A stretch of DNA of 64,000 nucleotides from Gracilinanus agilis (GCF_016433145.1 NC_058132.1:63597641-63661640); one strand, 5' to 3'. Counted from the stretch's first letter, positions 38,861 to 51,200 are shown. A program made the numbers and translations. Notes: generated by a model not told the origin, from the sequence alone.

Positions 38861-39620
38861 CCCCCACCCCTCCCCGCTGCTCCCTCCTCTGGCTCCTCTC
38901 CTCAATCGTCCCCACGATTCCCTCCGCTGCTCCTCCAGCCCCTCCCCCCACAGTCCTCCCCGCGGGATTTCTGCTTCTCCCTCTTGCCAACGATCCACCT
39001 GCACTTTCCGTCTCTTCAACGCCGCGGCATCCAACCACACGCCGCAGGCCTCAGCCTCAGCGGGGCTTCTTCTCCTCATTGTCGCCTAGGGGGCCGGTCG
39101 AGACCTCCGAACCAGTCAGTGGTGTCTCTTGACAGACCTTCCCGCGGAGGCCGTCCCCGTGCGCCGACGGCCGTTTGGATCTCGCGCCGGCGCAGAGGGT
39201 GGAGCTGAGCGCGCGGCGCCCAACGAGAAAAGCGCGCGCAGAGACGGCCATGTCACGTGTACAGCTCCTCCAGAACTTCCTCCAGCCTTAGCCCCGCCTC
39301 CATTGCTCCAGGCCACGCCCCTCAAGGTTCTGCACCCCCCCCCCCTTACGTAGCGATTCTTCCCACCCGCTCCGGATTCCCTTTCTCCCGGTCCAGGCGG
39401 TCCCTTGGGTTAACGAGAGTTAACTAAGCCACGCCCCAGTTGCTGGACCTTCTCGGCCCCAAACCTTGGCCCCACCCCCGCAGCACCCTGAGGGCCTCAG
39501 AGACTGAGACGATGTTAGAATAGAGGTCCCAATTTCCTCTGGACCCCCTCCCTTGAACCCTCTTTGTCTCGAGTCCCCGCCCCCTCTACCGGCGAGGACC
39601 CCTGCCTCCGATGTCAGCCT
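38861..39620 (-). promoter_or_regulatory. AUNIP: CpG island and promoter of AUNIP
   Basis: Dense CpG around the start codon. E-box GTCACGTG at 39252-39259. E2F/CHR-like GGCGCGAGATCCAAA on the minus strand at about 39174-39189. Confidence 0.8.
38999..39079 (-). CDS. AUNIP: AUNIP coding exon 1 (MRRRSPAEAEACGVWLDAAALKRRKVQ)
   Basis: Matches human MRRTGPEEEACGVWLDAAALKRRKVQ. Donor CAG|gtggat. Confidence 0.96.
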
Positions 39621-39706
39621 GACTCTGGGCTCACACCAGGAACACCGTGTCCTTTCCCAGACAAAGGCTCTGGTCAGCCAGGCAGCAAATTCAGAATCAG
39701 CTAATA

Positions 39707-39712
39707 TTTATT
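39707..39712 (-). terminator. PAQR7: Probable PAQR7 polyadenylation signal (AATAAA) within an L2-tail-like sequence
   Basis: First canonical AATAAA I found downstream of the PAQR7 stop (about 1.5 kb away). The context cttAATAAAtattagctgattctgaat resembles the L2 3' end. Confidence 0.55.
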
Positions 39713-41227
39713 AAGGCCCACTGCAGGCCAGACCACTGGCCCGGAAAATCACGAAACGAGAAGCCCTGTCCCACGCTGCTCAGCCGATAGTAACTCAGGA
39801 AAGGGCTGACCTGGGCTTCCTTCCTCCCACGAACCTCCAGGACTTCTCCGTGGGGCTGATGGCCAGGGTAGAGAAGACAGGAAGTTGTGGTCAGGGCAGC
39901 TTGATTAAGCATGAAGGCCCGGATGTCTTCAACAACCCACTCCACCCTCTCCTACTCAGAGCAGCAGGAGCAGTGCGTCTCCCCTGACCCTCTGGGCAGC
40001 CCTCAGATCAGTACTCAGAGCTTGAGTGAAAAGATCTGGGACCCTCCCTGGGGGAAGGGGGGGAAGGAAAGTGCTATAGCATGGGGAAAGGGTGTCAGAG
40101 AACCTGAGTTTTAACCTTGGTTACACCACTCAATTGCTGGGTGCCTTTGGGCAAGTCCATCCTCATCTCTGGACCCCAGTTTCCCCACCGCCACTCCCCC
40201 TAGCTCAGGGAGAGGCAAGGGCTGAGCAGAGATCTTCTGAAAGACAGACCAGTAAACTCTAGGGGCCAGGAAAGGGGGGACCCATGGCAGCTGGAGTGGG
40301 GTGGGCTGAGCTAGCCAGATCAGTCCCCAAATTATCATCAAAGTTTTGGCCTGAAGTCCAAAAGGGAAAACACCTTTGGATAGGCTCTTCATGAGAAAGA
40401 AATGGCATACGGTTCCATTGCGAGGGTAGGCAGGACAGTACTGCTATCATGTACACCTCCAACCCACCCACTTCTGGTTTTTCTGTTCATGACAAACTCT
40501 TCAATACTTTCTGCTGCTGAAAAAATACCCACCAAGTTAAATTTAGTACCCTGTCCCAAAGACTCCAAGGCCCCAGTCCAAAGAATTCTAAAATGTCTTT
40601 CCCCATCTCCACCCCTGAGAGTTGCTGAGCTTTGAGAACACCCTAGAACCTCCTTTTCCCCCACTTTCAAATTCATCCTTGGTGACCTCGTTGTCCTCAT
40701 CTTCTAGTCAACTTCGGAGCTCTGGGTTTTGCCTCCAACCCAAGGAGGGTCCACATGCCTTAGCCATCTCACCCAAAGAAACATCAAAGAAAAGGAGAGA
40801 GGGGGAGACCCCAAGCATACCTTCAGGTGGCCACATATATCCCTCCTATAAATCTGTTTGGTTTTTTTTCCAACTGGACAGAGACAGACAAGGAAATCAT
40901 ATAGGTCAGGGTAGAAAGGAAGAGGGATCTGCCTAGAATCAGCAAGGCTGAAGACAACACTAAACCTCCGGGCACCAGCATCCTCAAGCTCCATACCCCA
41001 TCTTCCTATCAGAATCTAGATCCATTGTCCTCCCCCATCCCTATCGAGTTAAGAAAAGAAGGGTATTGGGGAGGAGAGGGAGGGAGCACTTTGATTCACA
41101 GTGGACCAGACACAAACAACTTTACTGGGGCTTCTAAAATAGTCTGATTGCTCTCCTCATCCTGAGCTGGGCACCGGGCCCTGGGCCCAGGCCCTTCCAC
41201 CTCCACCTAGCACTCTCCCACTGCCCT

Positions 41228-42283
41228 TCAGTCCTCTTTGCATCTGAGCTCCTGCCTCACTCGGTGACTAAGGAAGAGGGCAGTTAGGACACTACAGACC
41301 ACAGTAAGGAGAAAGAGGGCTGAGAAGTTGTGGAGGGCATGGCGGTGAAGCCCTTCGTAGATGGACCGCCGGGCCTCATAGTCCAAGGCCACGGCCTCAA
41401 GCTGGGCTAGTGTGCACAGCACCAGGAAAACATGAAACAGCTGGTGGCCCTGCCCAAACGTGTGGCACTTGCCAGGAAACCACCTCTCAGGGGAGCAGGC
41501 AGAGAAGAAGGCAGCTGCCAGGAGGAAGAATGCCACTTGGCACTTGTGATAGAGCACCGCCGGGTCTTCTTGACCCAGGACCTGGGCCACATAGATGCGG
41601 TGCACTACCGGGCTGATGTCCAAGGCATAGGCCAATCCTGAGGGCATCTCCTGGCAAATGCGGCCCAGCATCCCAGGCAGCTGGCGGTACTTGGTATAGC
41701 AGGAGCCAGCGCAAGACAGCCAGGCGAGGAAGGCGGCGGCAGGCAGGAAGATGGCTGCCACGCGGGCATGCCATGCTGGCTCAATGGCATAGTAGAAATG
41801 GACCAGGGCACTGCCAAACTGGTACACGGCCACACCCACGTAGTCCAAGAAGAAGAAACTGTAATGCCAGAACTCAGACTTAGCCTGCAGGAGATGGGCC
41901 ACAGCACTAAAGAACAGGTAGGTAATAGAGGCAAGGACAATGAGGAAAAGGGGCCGGGCATGGGGGTCACCCACAAAGTCCACACTGCCCGCAAAATATG
42001 CCAGGCGCAGAAGCAGCACCAGGGCAGCCACCAGGTGGGTCCAGACGTTGACAGCTTCATTGTGCTTTTGGAAAAGGCTCAGGAAGTAAAAACGCCAGGT
42101 ACGATGCAGGGGCCGGTAACCTGAGTAGATGTATGGCTTCCAGAAGAGGCGAGGCACCTCAGCTCGGCCCACGGTGCTGTCTGGCAGGGGGGCTGCCAGC
42201 TCCCCCAGGATCCTGGGCATCTGTCCCAGCTGCCGGACACTGGGAAAGAAGCGACTGAGCTTCTGGGCTATGGCTGTGGCCAT
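41228..42283 (-). CDS. PAQR7: PAQR7, membrane progestin receptor alpha (single coding exon, 351 aa)
   Basis: accATGg start at 42283 (MATAIAQKLSRFFPS). PAQR motifs NEAVNVWTH, SAVAH and GHQLFH and a seven-TM hydrophobic pattern. High similarity to recalled human PAQR7. Likely acceptor ttccatag| before 42305. Confidence 0.97.
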   Translation of the reverse strand: MATAIAQKLSRFFPSVRQLGQMPRILGELAAPLPDSTVGRAEVPRLFWKPYIYSGYRPLHRTWRFYFLSLFQKHNEAVNVWTHLVAALVLLLRLAYFAGSVDFVGDPHARPLFLIVLASITYLFFSAVAHLLQAKSEFWHYSFFFLDYVGVAVYQFGSALVHFYYAIEPAWHARVAAIFLPAAAFLAWLSCAGSCYTKYRQLPGMLGRICQEMPSGLAYALDISPVVHRIYVAQVLGQEDPAVLYHKCQVAFFLLAAAFFSACSPERWFPGKCHTFGQGHQLFHVFLVLCTLAQLEAVALDYEARRSIYEGLHRHALHNFSALFLLTVVCSVLTALFLSHRVRQELRCKED

Positions 42284-44114
42284 GGTAGGGGCTGAGGGCA
42301 GAGAGCTATGGAAAATGAACAAGATAGAATAATCATGAAAACAGCCTCTGTCTCTATGCCCTTCAGAGTTTACAAAACACAATAGCCTGGGAAGTGGTCA
42401 AAGTCATCAGTATTCTCGTTTAAAAAGAACAACAACCCAGTTCCTCTATAGGCTCTTCCTCCTCAGTAACTTAGGTCAGGGCAACCTGAACATCTCACTG
42501 AAAAGGCTCTTGAAAAGGACCTCTGCATCTCCAAATACTTCAGCCTGTTCAGTCAAACAGCCAACAGGCATTTGCTAAATACCTACTACTGGCCAGGCTC
42601 TGGGGTTGGTCCTGGGGATACAAAAACAAAAAGAACCTAAATTACATTGCCGGGGGCCATCAAAATTTACGCTGTATGACAAAGTCAAGTGCATCCTGAA
42701 GCCTGCAGAGCAGGCCACAGGGAAGATGGATGCACCCACTCAAACCCTTCTCTTACTAACACACTATTATTGGAACTGTAATGATCAACATCCCTACTCG
42801 GCCCCAGGAAAATACAGAACAGTAAAGGCTGTTATTAGAGCCTTTACAGGCCCCCCACAAACTCCTAGGAAAGCCCCACCTTTACATGCAGTGATACAGA
42901 AATGCCCCTAAAAAAGTCACTCCATAACAAACCAGCAATTAGTGAGTTAATATTAAAGATTTTAAAACCCCAGAAAAACTGCCCTTTAGATTTCTCAATC
43001 CCCATACACAGAAACTTGGAAAATAGCCTTCAAGCTTCCTTGGTCCTTGCCATGGAAAGGGAGGACAAGGGATGAAAAATAGAGCAAGTTACCGGACTGT
43101 TTTCATTAACCCCACAAGTTCAGAGAACATACTAAACTTACCTTTGAAAAATATTGAATAATGAAAGGCTGTATTGAAATATCTTTTGAAATCTGCTAGT
43201 GTAGCGAATCACTGCTTGATTAATTATGTAACTGAATAGAGCAAAAAATAATCATCCCTGACTTGATTGGTCAAAATGTAATTAACTAGTACTAAGCTGT
43301 AATGCATGAACTGCACCTCATGGATGGGCGGAAAATACCATTTCCAGCCCAGTTACTCCATGATGAATATTTCTTGCCAAAGCTTTGCATCTTTTGTTAA
43401 TCAAAATAGAATAATTATGGAATGTCAATCAAATGATTCTGTAATTCAGTAAAAGTTAATGTATGACTTGATCCATTACAAGAAAAAAATGTATATTGAA
43501 TATGAAAAACCATGCCAACATATATGTAATCTCAATTACATAAAAAATAAAGCCAGCCCACGGCTGACCAGAACAGTTTTTGGGATACATGACTGAAATT
43601 CTGACTGTTCTCATTCGTCTCAATCCACCGACGCCGTCATCCTCCAATAGACCCTGTACCAGCAGAGGCACCCCTCCGCATTATATTGACTCAAAGACCA
43701 ATGATCTCCTATTGCCCTCGCTGCCACTCAACCAACTTTTCTTTCCAATTCCATTCCCTTTCATTGGAATATCCTGCCTCCTACTCTCTACCAATCACAA
43801 AAATCACAGATTATCACCAAGCAGTCTGTCAGGACAACAGAGGGTTGGAACGGTGAGATGCCTCTGATCATGGGATATCATTAGACCTCAGAACCTGAAA
43901 TGTCAAAGCTGGGAGGGGCCACAAAACAGAGAATATCTTATTTGGAATGGATCTAGGAACATGCAATGTAGGGGCTGAAAGTAAACTCTGAACAAGGGAA
44001 GTCAGAGACTAGGGGCTTTAGAACACAGAATGGCAGCGATGGAAGGACCTTAGGACACAGAGTGTTGGAAGATAGGATGTAGGAACTAGAAGGGATCTTT
44101 GCAACCATCTAACC

Positions 44115-44291
44115 CAGTGGTTCCCAAACTTTTTTGGCCTACCGCCCCCTTTCCAGAAAAAATATTACTTAGCGCCCCCTGGAAATTATGAAATTATTTA
44201 TTGACCTCAGAATAGAATAGAATACAAAAAAAGTGAGGCCATCACTGCAGCACCCACCAGGGGGCGATAGCGCCCACTTTGGGAATCACTG
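44115..44291 (+). mobile_element. hAT/Charlie-type MITE (177 bp), same family as 30502-30692
   Basis: TIRs CAGTGGTTCCCAAA and TTTGGGAATCACTG. Perfect 8-bp TSD ATCTAACC at 44107-44114 and 44292-44299. Confidence 0.93.
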
Positions 44292-45202
44292 ATCTAACCC
44301 AACCCCTTAATTTGACAAATAGGAAAGTATTTTATAGGGTCAGGAGGAAAATTCATACATAGCAGCACACTTTTAAGCCATCTCAAATATCTTCTAATCC
44401 AACCCATTCATTTTACTGGAAACCGAGGGCGAGAGAAGTTAAACCTAGAGAAGACAGCAGAGCCAAGACAAGAAACAAACTCCATAATCATGATGGTGAG
44501 GATGATAAAATCACACTCACATTTCTAAAGCCCTAGCAAGCGAACATAGCATTTTCTTCACAAGTCAATGATGCATGCCCGGTGTAAAGATAACCCGTTT
44601 TCCATATAAAGGAAACAGAAATCGGTTCAGACTACGGGCCTGTGCATAGTCACTCAGATAGCAAAGGTCACAGCTAGACTCCAAACCTCACAGTCCCTTG
44701 CTTCTAAGTCCTGTTTTCTTTGCCTTTCTCCATCCTGCCTCATCTACCTTCCTTCCATAGGCTGAGATTTACAAGTCCCTCCCCTCCAGGAAATGTGGCC
44801 TCTTCATCCTAAACCCTGAAGAGCCTAATTTGTTCTTTTTACTTTGGATGACTTCAGTTGTTGCTTTATAAACATTAAGCCATTTCTGGAGTGTCCTGCC
44901 CCCAGATTAAGCTCTCTGAGGCCTGATCCCCTACAGCGGCCTCAGTCCCCAGGACAGGGTTCTGTCCCTAGCCACAAACTCAGTTCCTGTCATTGGTATA
45001 ATGTAACTATTTTATTTTCTGAAATCATTTTTATCTTCTTATATCATCTGCCCTGGGTTCACATGTTAACTCTACTACTTACTAATTCTTACTAAATGAG
45101 AAACTTTGAGCAGCTATTTCCTCTTCCTGGGCCTTGGCTTTCCTTCTCTGTAAAATGAGGTAGTTGGGCTAAACTTCTAGCTCTTGAGCTCTAGAGACAC
45201 CC

Positions 45203-45204
<2 letters not shown>

Positions 45205-45258
<54 letters not shown>
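45205..45258. repeat. (AC)27 microsatellite
   Basis: Directly visible. Confidence 0.97.
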
Positions 45259-45267
<9 letters not shown>

Positions 45268-48200
45268 TACTCACACACAATAACTTCTATTTCCCAGCAG
45301 CCCTCCATGCCACCTGTCCTTCCTTGGGCACACAGACCTCCTAAGGCTCCTATCTCCCCGGGAATCTCCTCTCTTCCCTTCTCCCAGAAAAAAAGCCCAA
45401 GAGAACAGGAAGGAAAGGCTGTTCAGGAAGGAGCAGTCTCCTGTTGAAAGTCCACAGATCTCCACTGGGGCTCTGTTTCACAACAGGTGCCCCATTCCAT
45501 TCAAGATCTGTTTTTCGAAAATATCCCTTATCCTGTACCCTACTAACTAGATGCTGGCAACATGAACACTGACTTGGTGGAAAGGAGTTCATAAGGGATG
45601 GACACCTGGCATGGGGTGCAATGGAGGTAGCCATCTGAATGCCTCCCTGGAAACTGCTTTGACCAGTCTAACAGCTGAACCCTGGCTGCCCTCGCCCATC
45701 AGGGACATGCAATTAATAAATACACCGGCCCAATGTCCCGCCCTTCAATCTTGATAAAACTTCCAAAGCATGCTAAGGTCACCTGGGGATAAGGGGGAAG
45801 GTTCTCTTGAGCCCGGGGCAGACGATCTCTGCTGGGGAATGAGCAACTTCTCAGGATGCCCCGTTGCTACAAGACGGGTGAGATTGCTAGGAGTGGGGTT
45901 TCCAGGGATCAGAGATGTCCTGTGTGATGTCACTAAAGGGTGGGGCTGAGAAGACACCTTGACTACTTGCCCACCACCATTCATTTCTTAAGGTAAAGAA
46001 GGGATTAACCTATAGGTTCCTATCCCCACTCTACTGGCCCTGAAAAAGTTCCACACCTTTTCTTCTTACATCAGGAAGAAGTAAGAGGAGGGAGGTATCA
46101 CAGCCACTGTCTTAATCTGCGGATGGAGAAAATGAGACCCAAAGAAGTTAGGGACTTACCCCAAATCACCCAGCAAGTCAGAAGCAAAGAGTCCCAGGTC
46201 TCAGGCCTCCAAGCTCCCAGTCCAAAGCTCTTCTCAGAGGGGATTAGGAAAAATAGATGCGTTCTCCAATCTACTCAAGGCAAATGGGAATAACTGTAAC
46301 AAAAGCAGAACTTTCAGAGATTATCCAATCCGAACTCATTTTTATATTTTTTTTTCAATTATCAAACATTTACTTTTTCCTTGTCTCCCAACACCCGCCA
46401 GGGAGAAAAAGAAAACACTTGTAATAAGTTTAATCAAGCACAACAAATTTCCACATTTTTCACATCCCAAAAATATGCCCCATTTTACTTCAAGAATCCA
46501 TCCCCTCTGTCTGGAGGTGGGGAGCAGGCTTCATCCTCATGCCTCTGCAATCATTGTTGATCACCATGTTGATTATAGTGTTCTTAAGTCTTTCAAAATG
46601 GTTCCCAACCCCCTCATTTCACACTGACAGAAATACCCAGCCAGGATTAGGCTCTGTGCTTCTAACCAGAATATCTCTTATCCTGTACCCTACTACCTTC
46701 CAATGGGATAGGCATCAAATATCAATACCCAAACCCTAGGGAGGGTTGTTATATTAAGGGATTCAATTCTCCCCAAGGACTTATTCACAGGTAAACCTTG
46801 GAGCACCAACGGGTCCCCTCTGGTCTTGCAGCCTTAAGAGTTCACCAACACTGATTCCTGGAGAGCCTCACCTTATTCCAAAGGAAACCCTTGTGGAGAG
46901 AGGGGAGGGGAGGAACAGAAGTTTGCCTGAGATGTTGGCAAGGATCGGACTTCCTAATGATGCTGTCATCAAGTGCATCTCTCCATTGGTAAATAGTTGC
47001 ACTGTTCACTGTCTAGAGCTCATCAGATCCATTCGAAGAGCCTTGAAAAGCAGCAGAAGCCTACATGGAAGCCCAAGGCGGAAGCCAGATCACAAAGTGT
47101 GGAATCTCAAGGGCTTGCCTGGTGGCCCTTCCCAGATGGGGAGGTATGGATAATTCCAAAGAAGAGATGCTCCAGATAACCTCTCCTATACTAGCACAAG
47201 ATGTATGATGTTGTAGGGAGTTGGGACATCAGAGTTTACCCTCCAAGTGGGGCAGGTGCTGAGATAGAAACCATTCTACGCTGCCTACATACACTTGGGC
47301 TAATAAGCAGTTTGGCTGTAGGGAATTCTGCGTAGTAGCACAACCTTTGGCAACTCCCTTTTAGGGACATGGTTGTCAACATCCTTGGAAGGATGAAGCA
47401 GGGAACCACTGGCTTAAGATGATGAAAGGGATCTTAGAAGTCATCTTGTCCAACCTCCTTCCTTTTAAAAAGGAAGAAACTGAAGACACTAAACAATAAC
47501 TCTAGTCCAACTATCAGTAATATGGAATTAGGTCTTAATCAATGATTTAAGTGGAACTGTGCATCGGCTACAGGGATGCTGCGGGGGTTAAGAGGAAGGG
47601 AAAGAACATGAAACATGTAACTATGGGAAAATAAATTAATCAAAATAAAAATAAATTAAAATAAAAATGAAGAAACTGAGACCTGAGGAGTTGACTTTGA
47701 CCAATGTAACATGAGTGGCAGAGTCAGGATTCAAACCCAAGTCCTCCTAGCACTCCAGCCACTCTGTCATTCTGCCTTGTCAGCTCTATGAGAGAAAGAC
47801 CTGGTGTTTGTTCTAAATCTAGGTATTCCCAGTGCTTAGCAGATTAGACATGATAAAAACTTGTTAATAGATGAATTCCACAAACAAAGAAATGGAGCCA
47901 GGAAGAAGGAAGTAATCTGCCCAAAATAACATAAGTAATAAAGTGGTGGGAAGCTAGGTAGCACAGCAGATAGAGTGCTGAGCCTGAAGTCAGGAAGACA
48001 CATCTTCGTGACTTCAGATGCTTACTAGCTATGTGACCCTAGGCAAGTCACTTCACCCTGTTTGCTTTGGTTTCCTCATCTGTAAAATGAGCAGGCGGAC
48101 CTGGCAAACCACTCCAGTGTCTGCCAAGAAAACCCCAAAAGGGGTCCTAAAGAGTCAGACATGGTTGAAAAATGACTAAACTGCCAACAAAGTGGTAAAA

Positions 48201-51200
48201 CTGGAGTTCCAATCCAGGGCCTCTGACTCAAGATTCAATACTCATGCTGCTACATACATGGCAGTGTTCAGCTTGGTGTAGTGGAGAGGGCACAGGGACT
48301 TGGGAATCTGGGAAGTCCTGGGTTCAAAATCCCCTCAGACGCTTCCTACCTTGTTCATCTCAGGTGCCTCCTCTCAAAAATGAAGGGGATGGGCCTCCAT
48401 GGCCTCTAAGTTTCACTCTGAGCTCTCAATCTAGATTATCCTGTGACTCTTGGACTCCATTCCTATTCCCTTGGCTAAATGGGAGAAATAAATGCCTTTG
48501 ACTTTGTGCTTTGGGGACTGTGCTAAGGTCAAGGCTCAAACCAAGTGATTAAGCTGTTAAGTGGTAGATGACCTGACTCTGACCCTGCCCTGGGCACCTT
48601 TCAGTTCAACCCAGGCAGACAGACAAAACCCTGCTTGACATCTGAGTTAATCATTTCTCTTCCTCTCTCCCAGAAAAACTCCTTTGTCCTCCTTTAAAGT
48701 TCTGAATAGTCTGGGTGTCTGTCTAAACCCTTTAAGAGGCTCACCTTACCCTTTAAAGCAAAGTTAAACAATATCATTACTAAGCCCTGCTATGATGTGG
48801 CTGTCTGTGGGGAGGCTCTAATCTGGGCACTTAGGGGGGAGATATAGATATGGGGTACTCGAGGTGTATATGAAGCCAGCATGAGCCAGTCGGAACTTTG
48901 ACCCAGGAGCCAGCATGGAAAGGGAGCTCTTTGCCCTCCCTTCCTAGCCCAGGCCCCTAGCTCTTGCCCCCACAGTTCAATGGCCCATCCCAGTAGAATT
49001 TGCTTTTCCAAAATGTACCTCCTGGCCTTGGGACACCAACCCTAATGTTTAACTCAGTCCTCTATCTTTTTCTGCCTTCCCTTTCTACTGTGCTCCCTGG
49101 AACTCTCCTCGATTGTTTTTATCTGCTTCTTTTTGTTTGTAGTCCTTACTTTCTGTCTTGGTGACAATTCTAAGGCGGAAGGGTAAGGGTTAGGCAAATG
49201 GGGTTAAGTGACTTGTCCAGAGTCACCTAAGCTAGGAAGTATCTGAGGCCAAATGTGAACCCAGAGCCTCCTGACTCCAGTCCTGGCTCTCTATCCACTG
49301 TGCCACTAAGCTGCCTCAACATCAGACCTATTCTTTCTGTCTCCTGGTACTCAATAAAACCTAGCTTTCTCTTGAAAACAACTTGTCTCTTGGTACCCTT
49401 TCCAATGCTGGCTGCTCCTCTCATGCCCCCTGACATCCAGAGCCAGGAGGAAGAGTTGGCACACTCCTTGCTCCCCAGTGTCACTTTCAAACCCTCCCTC
49501 CACCACCCATCGCTGAGCTACCACCACTCTCCTCCTCTAGAGTATACTTTATCAAACTATTTTGCATGATGATACATGGATAAAGACAGACCAAATTGCT
49601 TCACCATCTTCCGGAAGGAGGAAGGAGAGAGTTTGTCTCAGAAAACTTGTGTGGAAAAGTATTACATGTATAACTAGTAAAATAAAATATCTTTACAAAA
49701 TAAAATAAAATAAAGTATACTCTGTTTTGTCCAGCTTCTACTTGCTGACCTTTATGGCCCTCCAGGTAGCTCTCCTTCCTGGCTCATAGGTCTTTTTCTC
49801 TAACCTCACCTCATCTCCTGCTCTATTCTCATGATTTCTGTCTACAGTCTACCTGGGCCACATGAAGGGTATGGAGTGCAAGAGTACAGGAGTGGAGAAC
49901 AAGATGCCCCTAGTGTAGGTCCATGAGGTCCGTGGCAAAAGCAAAGGGGCCCCAGATAGAGGTAGGTGAGGCTTCTAGTGAGGTAAGCCCTTGAGGGGCA
50001 GGTTGTAAATATGGCCTCTGTACATGGGAATACATGAAGAGAGGGCTCTGTGGCAGGGGGCATCCAGAACTCCAGCAGGGGTAGATAGTGGTTAATGAGC
50101 GCAATGAATTTCTTGGAAGACAGAAAAGAGGAACTAGTTGTCCAATCAGCTGTCAATTATCTGCATTATGATTAGATGTTCATTATATCCATGGTAAAGA
50201 GAATTTAATATCTGGCTCGCTTTCTCCTGCCACAACATCTGGCTTACCTCTATGCTGAACCTTAGCCTGTTATGCTTTTTTAAAAAAGTAAATCCAACAA
50301 TGCATTCTAGAGCCACGTAGAAATGATTTAAAATTTTTCCTACTGTTATAAATGCATGTAAATGTGACTTGTTTTTCCTCTAATAATTTCAGAGCTCAAA
50401 GTTGAATAATAACAATTTCTCAGTTCCCAATTACAGCATGCTCCAAAAAATGGATTAGTCTTATTTATTTGGTACAAAGAGATTATGCTCAGGGGTCACA
50501 CAGCATATGAGGGACAGAAACAGAAATAGATCTCCTTGGCTTTTCCTCTAGGGAGCTCATGACTATCCCATAAGAGCTCCCTGATTCAGTCTCCTGTAGG
50601 GAACATAGGAAATAATACAAGGCCAGAGAAGAGTACACAGATGAGGGAAACTGAGGCCCAAATACAAGCGGTACCCTCAGCCAAAGGATCATGAATTTGG
50701 CATTGGTCCCAGGGAAGAAGGGATGCTCTGTCCCCTATCTCCTCTCTGAGCCAGGACGCAGTGTTTTGAACCGAACCACAAAGGACCAAAGGAAACATGA
50801 AAGCTTTAGTGAAGGGAGTGAAACTCTTCCTAAATCAGGAACCTGAAGACTATTATTTCTTTTACATTTACTGCTCACAATCCCTGGTTACTTCTCCCCT
50901 CCCTTCCCCACTCATCTCATCTAAGGGCTTTTTCATCTTGTTCTGGGAAAAAGATCCCAAGACCTTCCTGGATCTCCAGGAGCTTCTTCTCCATTAAGAT
51001 TTCTCCACCCTTCCCTGGTCCTGTGGGGGTAGGCACTAGGGCCACCTTGGCCTTCTGAATGTGCCACCTACAATAGGGTCTTCTACATAGAAAGGTGTAT
51101 TTAATTATTTGTCAGTTGGATTAACTAGCTGGGCACCTTCACCTCTCTGGTCCTCCATTTTCTCAACCATCAAATAAGAAGGTTGGACAAGTGGTCTTTA

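Noticed and set aside
39057-39251. Upstream ATG ORF overlapping the AUNIP start
   Set aside because: The ATG lies beside the promoter E-box, probably upstream of the TSS. It cannot be supported without TSS data.
41605-42060. 151-aa alternative-frame ORF and antisense ORFs overlapping PAQR7
   Set aside because: Expected by-products of GC-rich codon usage, with no independent homology or signals.
42284-42382. 33-aa N-terminal extension of PAQR7 in the 384-aa ORF
   Set aside because: It begins at a GTG and runs through a polypyrimidine tract and acceptor, so it is intronic. The real start is the Kozak ATG at 42283.
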